Shown here piece after piece: positions 61,316-64,000 of a stretch of 64,000 nt of DNA. Within the stretch, counting starts at the first letter, position 1. Each line of letters begins with the position of its first letter. Below the pieces are notes generated by a model, which was given only the letters and a program-made list of their open reading frames with translations, had not been told where the DNA came from and did no database searches. The position numbers and the translations under genes were made by a program. This DNA is from Phoronis australis (lineage: Eukaryota; Animalia; Phoronida), in the NCBI GenBank assembly GCA_002633005.1, contig NMRA01000877.1:47421-111420 (forward strand), read 5' to 3'.

Positions 61316-64000
61316 AAGATAGAATTTTTTATTTTCTTAAAAATTATTTTTGTTACAATTTTTCTACCTCATGGTAGCACTCTCATTAGTTTCATTTTTA
61401 AAAAAAATAATTTTTTCATTAAAATAAATGCTCAGTCAATGCTGTAGTGCATCAAAACATTTTAGAATACGAATATGCTCTTTTAAGAATTTCATCAACA
61501 CAACACCTCTCAGTTTCTGTATTATTTGATAGGAATAAACTTGATTTAAAATTCTTTAAAATTTTAGGGTCCAATTTAAATTTGTTTAATGAAAAATACA
61601 TATTATCATTTTTTATCAAATGGTGTGCAACATAATGTTGTGAAAACATTGATCTTTCTTGGAAACTTACATGTTTTTAAGTAAATAACGAAATACTCTG
61701 AAAGAGGCTATATTTCTGGTTTTTGTTCCTTATGAATTTATTTGTTCTGCAAATTTCCTTTTTCTGAATTATTTAAAAATGTTTTGGAACTAAAAAAATA
61801 TTTTCACTAAGCCATGGTAATTCTTGAAGTGTTTTGTCATTTTCAAGGCACTAAGTTGCTACCTTTTTAAAACACCACTTGTTCAGCTTAGATTCAGGGG
61901 CAAAAATGTCCTGTCACAAGCTGAAAAATGGTTGACTTTTTAATTTTTGTTTTCTTGCTCGTGGAAAATACGATTGTTAAACTATTTTAAAGCACACTAT
62001 TTCTTGTTTAGTAACACAGTAAACTATTGTTTCCTACATGTAGTTGTCTGAACTTGCCATTTTCTGTGGCCCGAAATTTCAGGATGCTGTTTGCTGAAAA
62101 AGGCCATTTTTGAGGCACTAAAATTAAATACCTTGAAAACTGCCCAACCGATTTGAAAAATCCAAAACGTTGTATAAATGGCATGTACAAAGCTCTCATT
62201 TAACACTCCTTTCAAGTCTTTCTGATGAAATTTGTATTTTGGTTCGCTCACCTATTATAATACAGGATGTTGGGGACGATCAGAAGCTGAGGACACTTGT
62301 AGCTGTGACTGTAGCAGGACACCGTAAATGCTGTCCGGGGAAAGAAATATTGCTCATGGTTTGCTGGACCCCTCTGTTGTGTACATTCATTGAGTTTTGT
62401 ATCCGATATGTTCGAATACCGAGTGCCATACCTTGTAGTATATTGTAGGCCTAATTTGTATCGGAGATGATCAGAAGCTGAGAATTTCTGCGGTATAAAT
62501 CAGGTTTTGTATACTTTTACAGACGCTGGCAGGGCATGCAAAGTGAAAAAATACGAAACTTACCAGAAATCTGAAGTTCACTGCCAAAATCCTTCACCGT
62601 TCGGTTACACACGCTGGTTTCAAACTGTAGAAAATCTCTAAACACCACAGGTGTTATTCAACAAAAAATTCAAAATGGCAGATTTTTCATGAGGGTCATC
62701 TGGTGGAAAGTTTTCATTAAAAAATACAATTACACTGTATTACATCTGCTGGTAATTAAGTTTTTTTATGAAAACGGAAAGTTTTTACTGTCACACGTCT
62801 GATGGGGGTTTTTTAAAGAAAGTTAGACGTTTTTAACGTTAAAATAGTAAGCCCGACCCTCCTGTGGGCAAGTCTGTAACTGCCCTCTTGTGTTCAAGCC
62901 TGTGTTTACCGCTCGGTATTACGACCTCAGTAGCGGGTGTATACAACCGGAACGGTACGAAAGGGTTCAATCGGTTACTGTCGTTGGACGGTATTGGGCC
63001 ATTAATAGCCCAGAACCCTAAAGCGGTATGCGGTGCACGCGGTAAGAAGCAACAAATAAACAGTACTGGGTCAACATTGTCATGTTTACTGGGATATGGT
63101 CAGCTATTGAGGATCTGTAACACTGTAAACCCTTTAAAAATGAAAAAAATATCCATTCTGGCAATAGTTTTTGTATGAACTTGAAAAGCGTTTACGACAA
63201 CACAAAAGTTTATTCCGACGTGTCCTGTTTCAGAGGGTACGTGATTGCACGAATATACAGTTCTGCAGTCTACTCAAAAAAGTCTTTAGTTCGGGACGGA
63301 GTCCAAAATTTGTGACATGGAAATCTGAGCAAACATTGGAATTTCTTGGTGAAGAAATTTAGAACATGGGAGAACTTTGCCTTTCAATGTCACTCAAGTT
63401 ACAAACAGAGTGGAATTTTACACAACAGGGTCTGAAAATAGGCATGTAAGTTCATACGAAGCAGTGCTGATCACTGACACCTTTGTGAAAACTGCCAGCG
63501 GCAGCTTTGAGTATTGGATCGCTAATATTGCAAATTTTTAAAAATTGGGACAAGCTCGGACCTCAAGCAAAATGAGTAATTTTTCTATCTCCCAAACTAG
63601 AGACTTTTAACCGTAATTAACAGTTAAGTTACTTAACAGCCAATGTTTCAAATTTGGAAAACTTTCCAAGCTTCCTTTTCTTTGTGTTTCTATCTGTTGT
63701 TATCCACATCATTTTGTGGCAAATGATTCACCTAAGGGCAGCATACATGTATACCTTTAAGATATCTGTTCCTCTGAACACAGTCAATCGGAACAGATAA
63801 TTTTCTTGGTTTTCTACAAGGCTCAGCATTAACAATGTTTCATTGATCGGCTTTATCTTTTTCCATGTTTCAGAACTCTTTAAAATTTCGTAACACCTTT
63901 AAATTGTGTATAACACGGTGATAAAAAAGCTCCGTTTCGTCACATAACAATGAACCTTTTCTTGCACTGAAATTCGATCCACGTCTTTGTACATTCTTTA

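Noticed and set aside
63171-63362. LEKRLRQH resembling a GIY-YIG (Penelope) motif
   Set aside because: No upstream GIY/YIG residues or RT sequence; too short to support.

Overview
Eukaryotic, AT-rich (about 38% GC by eye), transposon-dense genomic DNA, most likely from a marine invertebrate; the taxon is inferred from the repeat types and is not proven. One host protein gene is well supported: a + strand, 4-coding-exon MFS transporter of the MFSD4/NaGLT1 (FucP-related) type, CDS join(26728..26874,53481..53635,54235..54368,54780..55924), about 526 aa, with a 26.6 kb first coding intron. The rest is mostly a nested mosaic of DNA transposon relics that can be delimited by TIRs and target-site duplications (TSDs). 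These include Kolobok-like TTAA elements with a THAP domain, two P-like CATAGA elements with 7-bp TSD, and a 4.4 kb MULE-like element (9-bp TSD) inserted in a Kolobok copy and itself holding a Transib-like foldback MITE. There are also several 5-bp-TSD hAT5-like MITEs, an 8-bp-TSD GG..CC element, a Harbinger/ISL2EU transposase relic, an RT-deleted L1/Tx1 ORF2 relic, and a 749-N assembly gap. No CRISPR array, rRNA or intact tRNA is visible, and I cannot demonstrate a complete new biological system here. The most unusual signals are strong enrichment of TA-flanked palindromic octamers (TACATGTA, TAGGCCTA), with one apparent 6-bp insertion seen by comparing TE copies; unrecognised cargo genes inside the MULE-like and P-like elements; and a tRNA-type Pol III promoter buried inside a 680-bp repeat.
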